Shown here piece by piece: positions 31,601 through 44,400 of a stretch of DNA of 64,000 nucleotides. This stretch comes from Camelus dromedarius. Taxonomy: Eukaryota. The translations under genes and the position numbers were made by a program. The stretch spans positions 9,672,001 to 9,736,000 of the forward strand of contig NC_087462.1 of assembly GCF_036321535.1 (NCBI RefSeq), given 5' to 3'. The number at the start of each line of letters is the position of its first letter. Within the stretch, counting starts at the first letter, position 1. The notes beneath the pieces were generated by a model, which was given only the letters and a program-made list of their open reading frames with translations, was not told the origin of the DNA and did not search any database.

Positions 31601-31868
31601 GTCCCGGCCGCGCCCGCCCGGCTGCAGCCGCAGTGCCAAGGAGCGGGCCCTTCGACTGGACTCCAGGCCCGGGACTGCTGACTTCAATCCCCTTCCCTGT
31701 ACAGCCGCCGCGAACACCCCATGCACCTGCAACCCTGTCAGATTCAGATGCCGCACACATACCCAGAACTCCAGACGCCGGGGCTGCAGGCTCGCCCTCC
31801 GGCGGGGGCCTCTTGCCACGCTCGCCCTCCAGGGACGTTCCCCCGGCGCCAGAGGCGGCTTCGGTCAT
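22629..31868 (-). CDS. ANO8: ANO8 (anoctamin 8 / TMEM16H), about 1230 aa; exon 3 hidden in N-gap
   Basis: Exons 31868-31763, 30994-30884, [gap], 30449-30311, 30230-30134, 29497-29381, 29302-29175, 29085-28924, 28617-28465, 28351-28225, 28116-28061, 27958-27884, 27156-26341, 26084-25893, 25789-25658, 25577-25467, 24508-23842, 23002-22629. All visible junctions GT-AG with consistent phase. Anoctamin TM segments, acidic loop, ends CWPSGWH*. AATAAA on - strand 22344-22339. Confidence 0.95.
24966..25018 (+). repeat. Compound pentanucleotide microsatellite (AAGAC)6(AAGAA)4 in ANO8 intron 16
   Basis: Read directly from the sequence. Confidence 0.9.
26750..26822 (-). repeat. Coding GAG/GAT/GAC trinucleotide tract encoding the ANO8 poly-Glu/Asp loop
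   Basis: Translates EEEEEDEDEDEEEEDEDEDEGEED within exon 13. Confidence 0.85.
30609..30804. other. Assembly gap (196 N) in ANO8 between exons 2 and 4
   Basis: Run of N. Confidence 0.99.
31310..31450 (+). mobile_element. MIR fragment (example; further MIR-like pieces near 5800, 9720, 37400, 45400-45720, 55700, 62560)
   Basis: cccatttcacaggtgaggcaactgaggcccagag...cccaaggtcacacag...ggattcgaaccc core. Confidence 0.7.
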
Positions 31869-32320
31869 GGCGAGGGCAGGTCAGGTCAGGGGCTGCGGGC
31901 GGCCCAGGCTCCGGGGGGCCACGGGCTCATGGGGCCGGTACAGCGGCGGAGCGCGCCAGAGGAGGAGACAAAGGCCGCGCCCGCCCGCGCCAGCCGCCGT
32001 CCTCGCGTGCCCGAGCGCTGCTTCTCGTCCCCGCCCGCGCCGAACCTCGATTCTCCTTCTCGGCCCCGCGCACGTCGTTCTCTGGTTCTCGACTCCGCCT
32101 GTGTTGTTTTCTGGGTTTCGTTCTCGCCCGCCCACCTCGCAATCTGGTGTTCGTCCCCGCCCGCACCGAACGTGCATTCTCCTCCTGGTCCCCGCCCTTG
32201 CTGTATTCTGGGTCTCGTCCCCGCCCGCCCTGGGCCTGGATTCTCCGCCTTGGAGACGGTTTCCCCAACTGTTTGGAATCTGAGATGGGCGTGGGACCGG
32301 GAAGGCCTGGGCGCAGGAGA
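31400..32320 (-). promoter_or_regulatory. ANO8 CpG island / promoter with repeated GC boxes; divergent from GTPBP3
   Basis: High CpG density around ATG 31868; several CCCCGCCC copies between 32025 and 32230. Confidence 0.7.
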
Positions 32321-32496
32321 TTCCTGGTAACAATAACTTCAACCACCACAGCAGGGATGAGAATAACTATATCAGGTCCTGCCTTAGGGCCTTAGCACAT
32401 GCTGCTCAGCTGCCTAGGACAGTTTTTACACCTTCTGTGTCTAGTTAACCCCTGCATCCTTCAGGATGTAACGTCCTCAGAGAGGACCCGATAGAA

Positions 32497-32672
32497 CTAC
32501 CAAGTTTAGCAAATAGAAATACAGTCCTCCTAGTTGAGTGTGAATTTTAGATAAACGAATATATTTTTAGTATGTCTCAAATATTACACGGGACATAGCT
32601 ATACTAAAACGTTGCTCATTGTTTATCTGAAATTCACATTTAAATGGGCGTCCTGTATTTTGCCTGTCACCC
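32497..32672. mobile_element. MER53-like palindromic MITE
   Basis: Inverted arms gtgaattttagataaac / gtttatctgaaattcac; ends gggcgtcctgtatttt. Confidence 0.75.
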
Positions 32673-33836
32673 GGACTCCCTGACCATCCTGAGTAAACTT
32701 CTCTGTTAGACTGGGCCCAGCAAGGGTAGGGACCCAGACTGATTCTCGTTGCTCTCACAGTAGGCGCTTGATGTATAATTTTAACAGATGGAACAACTCG
32801 GAGAATGCGAATGTCATCTTTCATCCCTCTTTTACAAATGAAGAACAAACAAAACAAAACAAAACACAAAACCGAGCAGGGTGAGGCGCAGAGTTGATTA
32901 AAAGAATGTTCGATTCTTCCCAAAGTATAGGCCCGCCGCCCGCCCGCCCTGTTCAAGAACCAGAGAATTTTCCGTGCGAAAGCGTCCCCGGAGATCCCGC
33001 CCATCCAGCGCCTGGAATTCCTCCATCAGCGCTTTATTCTGCGAGCCAGCGCTGTCCTGGGTTAACCTGAAAGTAATCTCTCAGATTCCCCTTTCCGGCT
33101 TTCGGGGAGCCAGAGACAGCCCGGACACTCAACTCTGCAGGAGCAGACGTGGGCCAGAGTAGTCGAGAAGGGAGAGAGGGCTGTTCTGCGTGTTCCAGGA
33201 AGGCTTCTTTGCGAAGGGGACCTTGGAGCTAGGCACTGAAGATGAGTTTGTCAGTTGAGGAAGGGTATCCGAGGCCGAGGGAACGGCGGGAGGGAAAGCT
33301 GGGGAGGGGCGAGAAATTGTAGAGTTCCAGGAAAACAAGTAGGAGTCTTCCCAGATGTTTGGACAAGATTTTCTCAGGGCCAGTGCATGGGTTCCCCGGA
33401 AATCATCCCTCCCATCTACTGAGATGCTCTTGCTTCCCCTAAGGCTATGTAATGGCCAGATGAAAAATACGGGACTCAAGCCCTCGCCCCTCTATAATTC
33501 CCACGGCCCCGTGCCAAGCCCAGCCCTTCCTTCTACCCTTCATTTCCAACGACTAGGATCTCCGTCTCTCTAGGATCTGAAAATCCTGTCTATTGTTGCC
33601 GGAGGAACATCATTTCGCTGCACCCTGGCGAGCAGCCCCTTTGCCTCTTTCCCTGGCCTCAGCCAATAGAAGAGGAGAGCTTCAGAGGGTAGGCAGTACC
33701 ATCTTCTAAGGGGCCCAATAGTAATCGAGAGTTGTTGAGCACTGTAAGAATCACGCCGCGGAGTGGGCGGGGCCTTTTGCCCAGTCTGGCCGACTCTCCA
33801 GACAGGGCAGGCGGGCAGGTCGCTGCTTGTAAATCC

Positions 33837-36698
<2,862 letters not shown>

Positions 36699-37519
36699 AG
36701 GGGCAGCCAAAGCTCGGACGCAGGCAGAGTGGACACCAGGAAGCCTTGAAGCATCTGGGAACAGCTTAGGCCAAGTAAAAATCTCATCCCTTCAAGGAAG
36801 AACTTGAACCCAAAGCAGTGGTGCCTCTGATGCTGGTGGTGACCAAGCTACAGCCAACTGGATTCCCTAGCAGGGACTTCTGGGGGTTCAGGCCCTGGAG
36901 TGGGGCTGAATGGAGGTCCCTTTGGGCACCTGGTGCTGGGGGAGTAAGAGTAAAGGATTGGGATGGAAGTTGGAGGATCTCAGGGTTCTTTGTTTCATAG
37001 TTTTTCATTTATTTTGCAAATACCAAAGGAATGTAAAAAACTCAGGTGATACAGAAACATTTAAACAGCCCCATTCCCTGGGGTCACGGCTTAACTGGTG
37101 TCCTTCCAGAATTTTCTCTGCATGTTTGCACACTTGAGGATGCACCTCTAACATATGTTTTTCTTGTATTTTGTACACAAATTGGTGTTTATTGCTCCGC
37201 AAGCTGACACTTGTTTTTCGGATTCATCTTGAAACGTTGCCTCTTGTGTCTTAAAAGTGACTTGCAAAACCCCAAGCCCTCCTTCCTCTCTAAGTTTAGT
37301 CATTCATGCATTGATTCATTCACTCACTCAGTGAACATTGATCAATCACCTACCAGATACTAGAATCATGCACATCATTTGATTGGACCTTCATCACAGC
37401 ACAACGCTGTGGGTATTTTGTTACAGTTTTACAGATAAAGAAAACGGGGCTCAGAGAAGTAGTTAGTTACTGGAGGTCCCCAGCTTTGGGATTTGCACAC
37501 AGGTCTGTTTGACTGTGGG

Positions 37520-37900
37520 CTTTCTATGCAAAAGCCAAGTGGAGGGTGCTGGGAACACAAGAGGAGAACAAGCAGGTATCCCTTACAGTGAGGTCTGATG
37601 GTTGCTGGACAAACTTTCGATGAGACCTGACCTGGTCAGGGACTTGAAGGCAGGCTTCCCTGCAGAGGTGATGTTTGGGTAGACATCTGAATGGTGAGAA
37701 GGAAACCAGGTGGAAGAGGCTGTTGAGAGCATCCCAGGCAGAGGGCACAGTACATGCAAAGGCTCTGAGGTGGAAGCCTCATGATACATTCAAGGAACAG
37801 CGAGCGAGGTGGCCAGTGTGGCTGGAGTAGAGTGAGTGAGGGCTGGAGAGGAAGGAAATGAGGTCCAGGAGGAGAGGAAGGGCCTGATTCTGGGCCTTTG
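37520..37900 (+). mobile_element. L2 fragment (example; others near 12250-12600, 14330-14800, 39000-39250, 42760-43220)
   Basis: gaaggcaggcttccctgcagaggtgatgttt...ccaggcagagggcacagtacatgcaaaggctctgagg...gccagtgtggctggag. Confidence 0.65.
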
Positions 37901-37938
37901 ATTTTGACTTACTGCAGACCTGCTGTGGTTATGATGAA

Positions 37939-37952
37939 CCAGCAGAGGGCGC
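37939..37952 (+). promoter_or_regulatory. Candidate CTCF site between the GTPBP3 and PLVAP 3' ends
   Basis: CCAGCAGAGGGCGC matches the core CCASYAGRKGGCRS at every position; motif evidence only. Confidence 0.55.
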
Positions 37953-40374
37953 TTTGCTCTAACAAAGAAGGTGCCTTACAGTCCTCCAGCCAAGCTCCGG
38001 CCCTGTAAGGTCCCAGGGATCCCAGCTTCCACACCCACCTGGCAGCATATAAATGGTGAAGTCCCCTTGCCAGAGGCGGTAACTGAGTCTCTTGTGGGGT
38101 CAGGCTCTTTTCCAGAATCAGAAAAAGATCTCCAGCTCCAGTAGTTGAAGATACAAACTCTCCATTTCCAGGGGACACATGAGCAGAGGCTGGGAGGTAT
38201 CCAAGACCCACAGAGAAGCAGGGCTTCAGGAGGCGCCCACCACCCAATTAAAGGGAACCTCTGACCCTGTTTCTTCACGACTTCATTGCAATGTGTCACT
38301 AATTGTTGATTTATTTCCTTCTTCAACATCTGGGGGTTCCCCTTGAATGGGGGGCCGGGCTCCTGGAGGGAAAGGGTCACTCCGTGAGTTTAGTCCATGG
38401 CTATTACTATTATGTCCATTTTGCAGAAAGACGAAAAGAAGCAGCAGCAATAATGGGCTAGACGGGGTGGGTGGCCAGATGTCCTCTGAGTGGGGAAGGT
38501 CTGGAGGGCTCCCAGGAGGGGTGATTTGGGCCTACATGGGGAGGGAGACACTCTTGGGGAAGGATGCTTGGGCTCTGCCTGCCTACCCTGGTCCCTGGCA
38601 CATGGCTGGACCGAGGTCCTTGGCTACAGTCCCTTTTTTCCAAGAAAGGAGAGGTGGCTTATGGGAAGCGGCCATGGGGATTATTTATAGAGGTCACAGG
38701 AAATCCCCAGAGATAGAACCTCACTCAGCAGCTGGATCACAGGGTCAGGGAGGGAGCCTGCCAACTGCTCCTTGACTGGTACTCAGTCCCCACCTGGCCC
38801 CCAGGGGGCCACCAGCCTGGGGAAGCCAGAGCTACAAGATCAGGGCTAGAAAGAGGGCGGGATGGGGCCAAAGAGGTACCTAGAGGGATCTTGAACTATA
38901 ACTGGGGCATCCAGGAGGGCTGCCTGGAGGAGGGATCTGTAAGGCTGGGCCTTGGGGGAAGAAGAATCTGCAGGCAAGAAAAAGGCATTCTAGTCTGAGG
39001 GCACAGCACAAGGTAAGAGCCAATGAGTCAAAGAATCAAATGTCCAGGACAGTTGGAGGCAAAGACTGCCTTGTTCGGGGAGGCAGGGCACAAGAGAGCC
39101 CAGGAACTGGGCCTTGTTCCCAAGGTAATGAGGAGCCATGGAAGGTGTATGAGCAGGAGAGATACACAGTCAGATCCCACGATGAGAAGATCCTCTATAT
39201 CTGGGGGCCATATTGGAGGCAGAGGCTGAGGTCCAGGTGTTGGAGGACTGAGATGGCGCCAGGCAGGGAATGCTCTGAATGGGAGACACCAAACAAAGGT
39301 CAGAGGCCTGTGTCCATGGGTCCAGAGAGTTTAGAATGATTATTATTACACTAACTTGTAGGTGAGAAAATGTTGACTGAGCCAGAATTCGAAACCAAGA
39401 ATGTCAGGCTCTGGAACCCAAATTCAGGTGTCCTGTGGCTCCTGGGACTGGGAGGTATCTGCATCCTCTCCAGGACTCCAGGCTGCTCAGGCGTAGGCTC
39501 AGGGTCAGGGACGTCCCTGTGTCCCTGGGGCCTCCAGACTGGCCCGTCTAGGTGGCCCGGCCTGGCTGACCCTTCTGCCCCGGCTTGGCGGGGCCCCAGC
39601 CGAGTGTTTCCTGCAGCGGCCTGTCTCTCGCCCGGGGTTTCCGTATCCAGGAAATATCGCTCCTTTGTCCCTCTTGACTAGCCTGCCCTAAGCGTGGCGT
39701 TGCCAGCCCTGGCTCCTCATGACTCATCCCCTCCCTGTCCAAGGTCCCAGGGGATAGGCTGGGAGGGAATCAAGGCAGCGAGGACAGATAAGCTGAGATT
39801 CTAGACCACACATTTTAGGACTTCTTTCTACAGGTGGGCATTTGCTTTGTTTCCTAGAGTTTTCACTTCTCAGGGATAAAGTCCCAGGAATGGGGTTGCT
39901 GAGTCAAAAATATGTCTGTCTTTACTTTTATTGAATATGTCCAGAAGGGCCATGATGAGATGTGCATTTCTACCAGTCCTGCAGAAAAATGCCCTTTTCT
40001 CTACATCTTTACCAGCAGTAGGTATTATAGCTTTTAAGCATTTTTTTCCAGTCCATTGGGAGCCATGTGATTTCCCTGTATTCCTCTAATGTGCAAAATT
40101 CCCCTGGCTTCCTGCTACTTTAATGATTGGTGAGTTGAATTGCTCCCAAACTGGACACTGGTGCCTTTTCTAACATCCTGTCTCACCACAAAAAAAACCC
40201 AAAACAAAACAAATGGCTGAGACTTTCGTGATACTGTTCTGGAGTCATCTTGGCGAGGAGGAGTTCCTGCAGTTCACGACAAGCTTTGGTACCTTAGCAA
40301 ATGCTGTCTGTACTTGGGGGGATCTTTGCAAACATAGTTGCTTTTTAAGAAACTGTTTTTTATTTGTACGTGTG

Positions 40375-40505
40375 AGCTTATTTATGTTTTATTTATTTTA
40401 TTTGTATGTATGTATTTATGAATAATATATAAATATTTATTTGTTTTTATTGTATTTGTGTGTATTTGTATTATTTAATTTGTATGTGTGTATTTATTTG
40501 TTTTA
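40375..40505 (+). repeat. AT-rich simple repeat (TATT/TATG/TGTA)n
   Basis: Read directly from the sequence. Confidence 0.75.
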
Positions 40506-41423
40506 AGAAATTGCTTTTAAAATATCTGCTATTTTAAAGAAACATTAAACTGACAATAATATTGTCCCAATGTAGGGGTTTCTAGCCATTTCATGAAACC
40601 CTTATTGACTATGATTTTGCCATTTCTCTTCACATATGGAGATGCCTATGCCTTGGGGTGTGTCTGCCCACGTTTGTTCCAGGTTTAAGGGTCTTCTGAC
40701 CTGGGGATGTTGGGGAAGGTGTTCTCTAGCTTTCCTTTTATTTCTAGTTCTTTTCTCATTCATAGCCAGGTGGTAACTTTTCAAAGCAGAAATCATGACT
40801 CGGAGTCTTTGAAGGGATTTGATAACATTTATTTCGTGCCATTAACAATTATACAGGCCACAGACAAGGCTGAGTGTGGAGGGGGAGGGAGTGAAAATGA
40901 AGCTGCCCTCCTGGGGCGCGGAGGGGGCCAATGGGCCATACTCACCCCTTGACCAGATGCTCCCTCTTGAGGAGGGCCTGGAAACTGTCAGGGGAGGATG
41001 AAGGTAACCATCTTGCTGGGAGCGCCTTGGTCCATGAGCATGGAGGGGCATGACTTTGGCCGAGGGTTGGGCAGAAAGTGTGTGTGTGTGTGATTTCACC
41101 ATGCATCTGTGTGATGTCATTGCCTTGTCTTGGTGTGATGTCACCACCATGCCTGTGTGATGTCACTGCATCCGTCTGTGATGTCATCATGGTGCCTGTG
41201 GGTAAGGGGTTGTGTGGTGCAGGTGTGGACCTGTGAGAGAGTATTGGGGGGTGTGGGTGTGGGGTGGGGGAGGATGAGCAGAGGGCGCAGGTCAAGGGTG
41301 CCCACTGTGGTGTGTGGACTGAAGATCATATGACTTGGTCCTGTGCCGTGGGCATCTCGCTGCACCTTGTCTCCAGACAGATGAGTCAGGGCCACCCCTC
41401 TGTCCTCAGGGCCTGGAGCCTCC

Positions 41424-44400
41424 TCAGCCACTGGGGCAGGAAGGAGGTGGGAATACAACAGTCGGTCAGACAAATGGAAGGACAAACTCCCTACCCCAGA
41501 CCCCTTCTTGCTCCCAAGACCTTAAGGCCTCTTCAGGTTTCAGCCTCCCCTTAGACTGCTACTTGTTGAACCTCTGTGGGAGGAGTCTGTGGGACGGTGG
41601 ACTGTGATGTGTGCTTCTCCACTATACAGATGAAAAGACGAGGTTCAGAGAGGCCACCTCCTCCTGTGCTCCAGGCCTCTGCTGCAGTCTGTCTGACTCT
41701 CCCTTTTGCTCCCTAAAGTTCTGGGGATGCTAGGAGTTTGCCCAAAGCCTCTGGCCCCCCTACCTCCAGCCAGAGCCTCAGTTTCCCTCTTTTGTCTACA
41801 AAGAACTGACTTAGAACTAGCCCCTCACTCATTCCCAGGAGGGTTTTTCTTTTCCAGGTTTTTTTTTTTTCCTTATTTATATTTGTGAGCTGGACTTTTT
41901 GTTTATTTTGTTTGCTTGTTTTGGGAGGAAGATAATTAGGTTTATTTATATATAGTGGAAGTTCTGGGGATTGAACCCAGGACCTCGTGGATGCTAAGCA
42001 GGCACTCTACCACGGAGCTATACCCTGCCCCCCAGGAGGGTTTTTCTAATGAACCTGCCCCTACTCTTGCACTTCTTTGGCTCCCCAGTGCCCTCAGGAC
42101 AAAGCCAGACCTATATCTGGCATTCAAGGCTCCACTCACTCAGCCCCTAATCCGGCCTCCCCATCAGGGAATCAAAACCTGCCAAAGTACCCCCCAAACT
42201 AATCAGAGCCTTTCCTTGACTTCTACCCCTCCCCCTTGCCTTTGCAGGAGCCACCCCTCTGTCTGGAATGCCCTTCCCCCTTCTTGGCCTGGCAAAAGTT
42301 CTCCCCAGGGGTCAGGGGTTGGCGCAGAGGCTGTTTCCTGGTGGGGGAGGTGGGGGCCTCAGCCAAGTCCCGCTTCCGCTGGCCCCCTCCCTTCCTTCCC
42401 TGGCTCTTCCCTGGGCCCCCACCCCACCCCCCGCAGCCTCACGTTCCTTGGCTGGCTCTGGTCCCCCTTTCTCAGCTCCAGCCTCTGTCTTCTACCAGGA
42501 TTCACCAGCTCCAAGTGAGACATTCTTTACCCTCTCCTGCCTGCCAGCCTGCAAGGGACGGTGTTCCCTGGCCATTTTCAGAGACTGAGGCTCCTAAGTC
42601 CCATCACTTACCTGGACCAAGGCAGTTGCCTTCAGCCTGGTCCCAGGTTCCCAACTTCACCCCCCCCCCCCCATAGCAGCGATCAGAATGAGCCTGTGAC
42701 TATACCTGAGTTAGGTCCATCCTCTGCTGTTTATAGCCCTCCCCGGGCTCCCAAACTCCTCACACAGCCACCAGGCTGTGCCCGATCTGCCCCTGTCATC
42801 TCCCCGACCTCACCTCCTCCCACTCCCCTCCATCACTCTGTTCCAGCCACACTAGCCTCCTCACTCCAACTTACCAGGCACAGACAGCCCTGCCACAGGG
42901 CCTTTGCAGGCTGTGCTCGCTGTCTGGTGCACCTTTCCCGGAATCCCCTCACCTCCTTTAGGATTCTGCCCAAATGACACCTCCTTGGTAAAGCCTGCCC
43001 TGGCCCTCCCCCCAACCCCATGGAATATTCCCATCTCCTCAAGCTTCCTCATTCCTGTCTCACCCATCACCAAGGGGCCCTGTAGTAGCTCATTTATCTG
43101 ATTTATTATCCATCTCCCTCACTAGACTGTGAGCCGCACAAGGGGAAGGATTTGGATTGCTGTGCCTTATTCTTCCCTGTGTCCTCAGCACCCAGCAGCT
43201 GCTCAAGAAACATGGGTTGAATGAAAAAACAAATCAGTGAACCTGAATTGACACTCGCTGTGTACCCAGCTCAGAGCCGGGGCTGAAAGCTCATCTTCAA
43301 CCTTCCACGTTGTGACTTTGGCCGCCTCAAGCCACATAGCCCCTAAACCAATATTCACTTAATATTTGTCGTGTCCATGACTTTTTTTTTTTTTTGACTT
43401 AAATAAGCTGATCTCCAAAGGACAGTCTTACCAAGTAAAGGAAAGCTGGTGCACTTGCCATGAATAAAGAACAACTTATAAACGTTCAATTAAAAAGCAA
43501 GACCTTGTGAGGGGAGGGTATAGCTCAGCAGTAGAGCACGTGCTTAGCATGCACAAGGTCCTGGATTCAAGCCCCAGTACCTCCATTAAAAAGCTACCCC
43601 TGCCAAAAAAAAAAAATAAAACAACACCTTGTACTTGTGCAGGCCCTGGGTCTGCCCTCCCTCTGCGGACACGGGAGAGCTGCAGGGGTCTGGGAGGTGT
43701 TAGGGTGAGTTAGCACCAGTGGAAACTTTCTCGAAGCCCAGAAGGAAAAAGAGTGGGGGAAAAAAATCAACCATTCCTCCAACGGGTGAATGATTTGATG
43801 CTGGGATGCTGGGCCTCCTATCTGGTCCCCTACCGGGTGCCTCTAAAATTCGCATGTTATGATTTAGTCGTTCTCTGGCTGCCCAGTGTGTGACTGGCCG
43901 AGCTGGGACTCATCCAGAGCTGAAGACCCCAGCCTGTTCATCCCAGCCCCTTTCTCAGGGGAAGACGAATCAAGGTTGGAGCCCGCAGGCCAGAGGCCCT
44001 TCCTGTGACCCTGCAGAGAGGAGCAGGAGGGGCTCTGGGCTTAAGCACTCATTGTTTCCTCCACAGGGGGATGTCACTTGGGGTAAACAATGTCAAGAGC
44101 TTCCCCGGTTCTCAGCTGGGATCTGGACAGGCCTGGGCTGGGCGCCTGGCTCTGATTCTGACCTGCTGACGCATGACCCTGGGCTGATCACTTCCCTGGG
44201 GCCTCAGTTTCCTCCTCTGAGAAATGGGGATAATAATAGAACCTCCTTCCTTGCCTTGCTGGCTTTAGGCCAAGATGGAGTGAGGAAAACTATGTTTGCT
44301 TGCAGCAGGGTCTTTTCTCTACCCACTTGCTTCCCTCTCTGGGGGCTGCCTGAGGCTAAGGGATTTCTCCCAGGCCAAGCCATCCAGAGTGCAGGGACCA

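Noticed and set aside
39590-39720. NF-kB/STAT element downstream of PLVAP (ggggtttcc, atccaggaa)
   Set aside because: Each motif misses its consensus by one base; too weak without other data.
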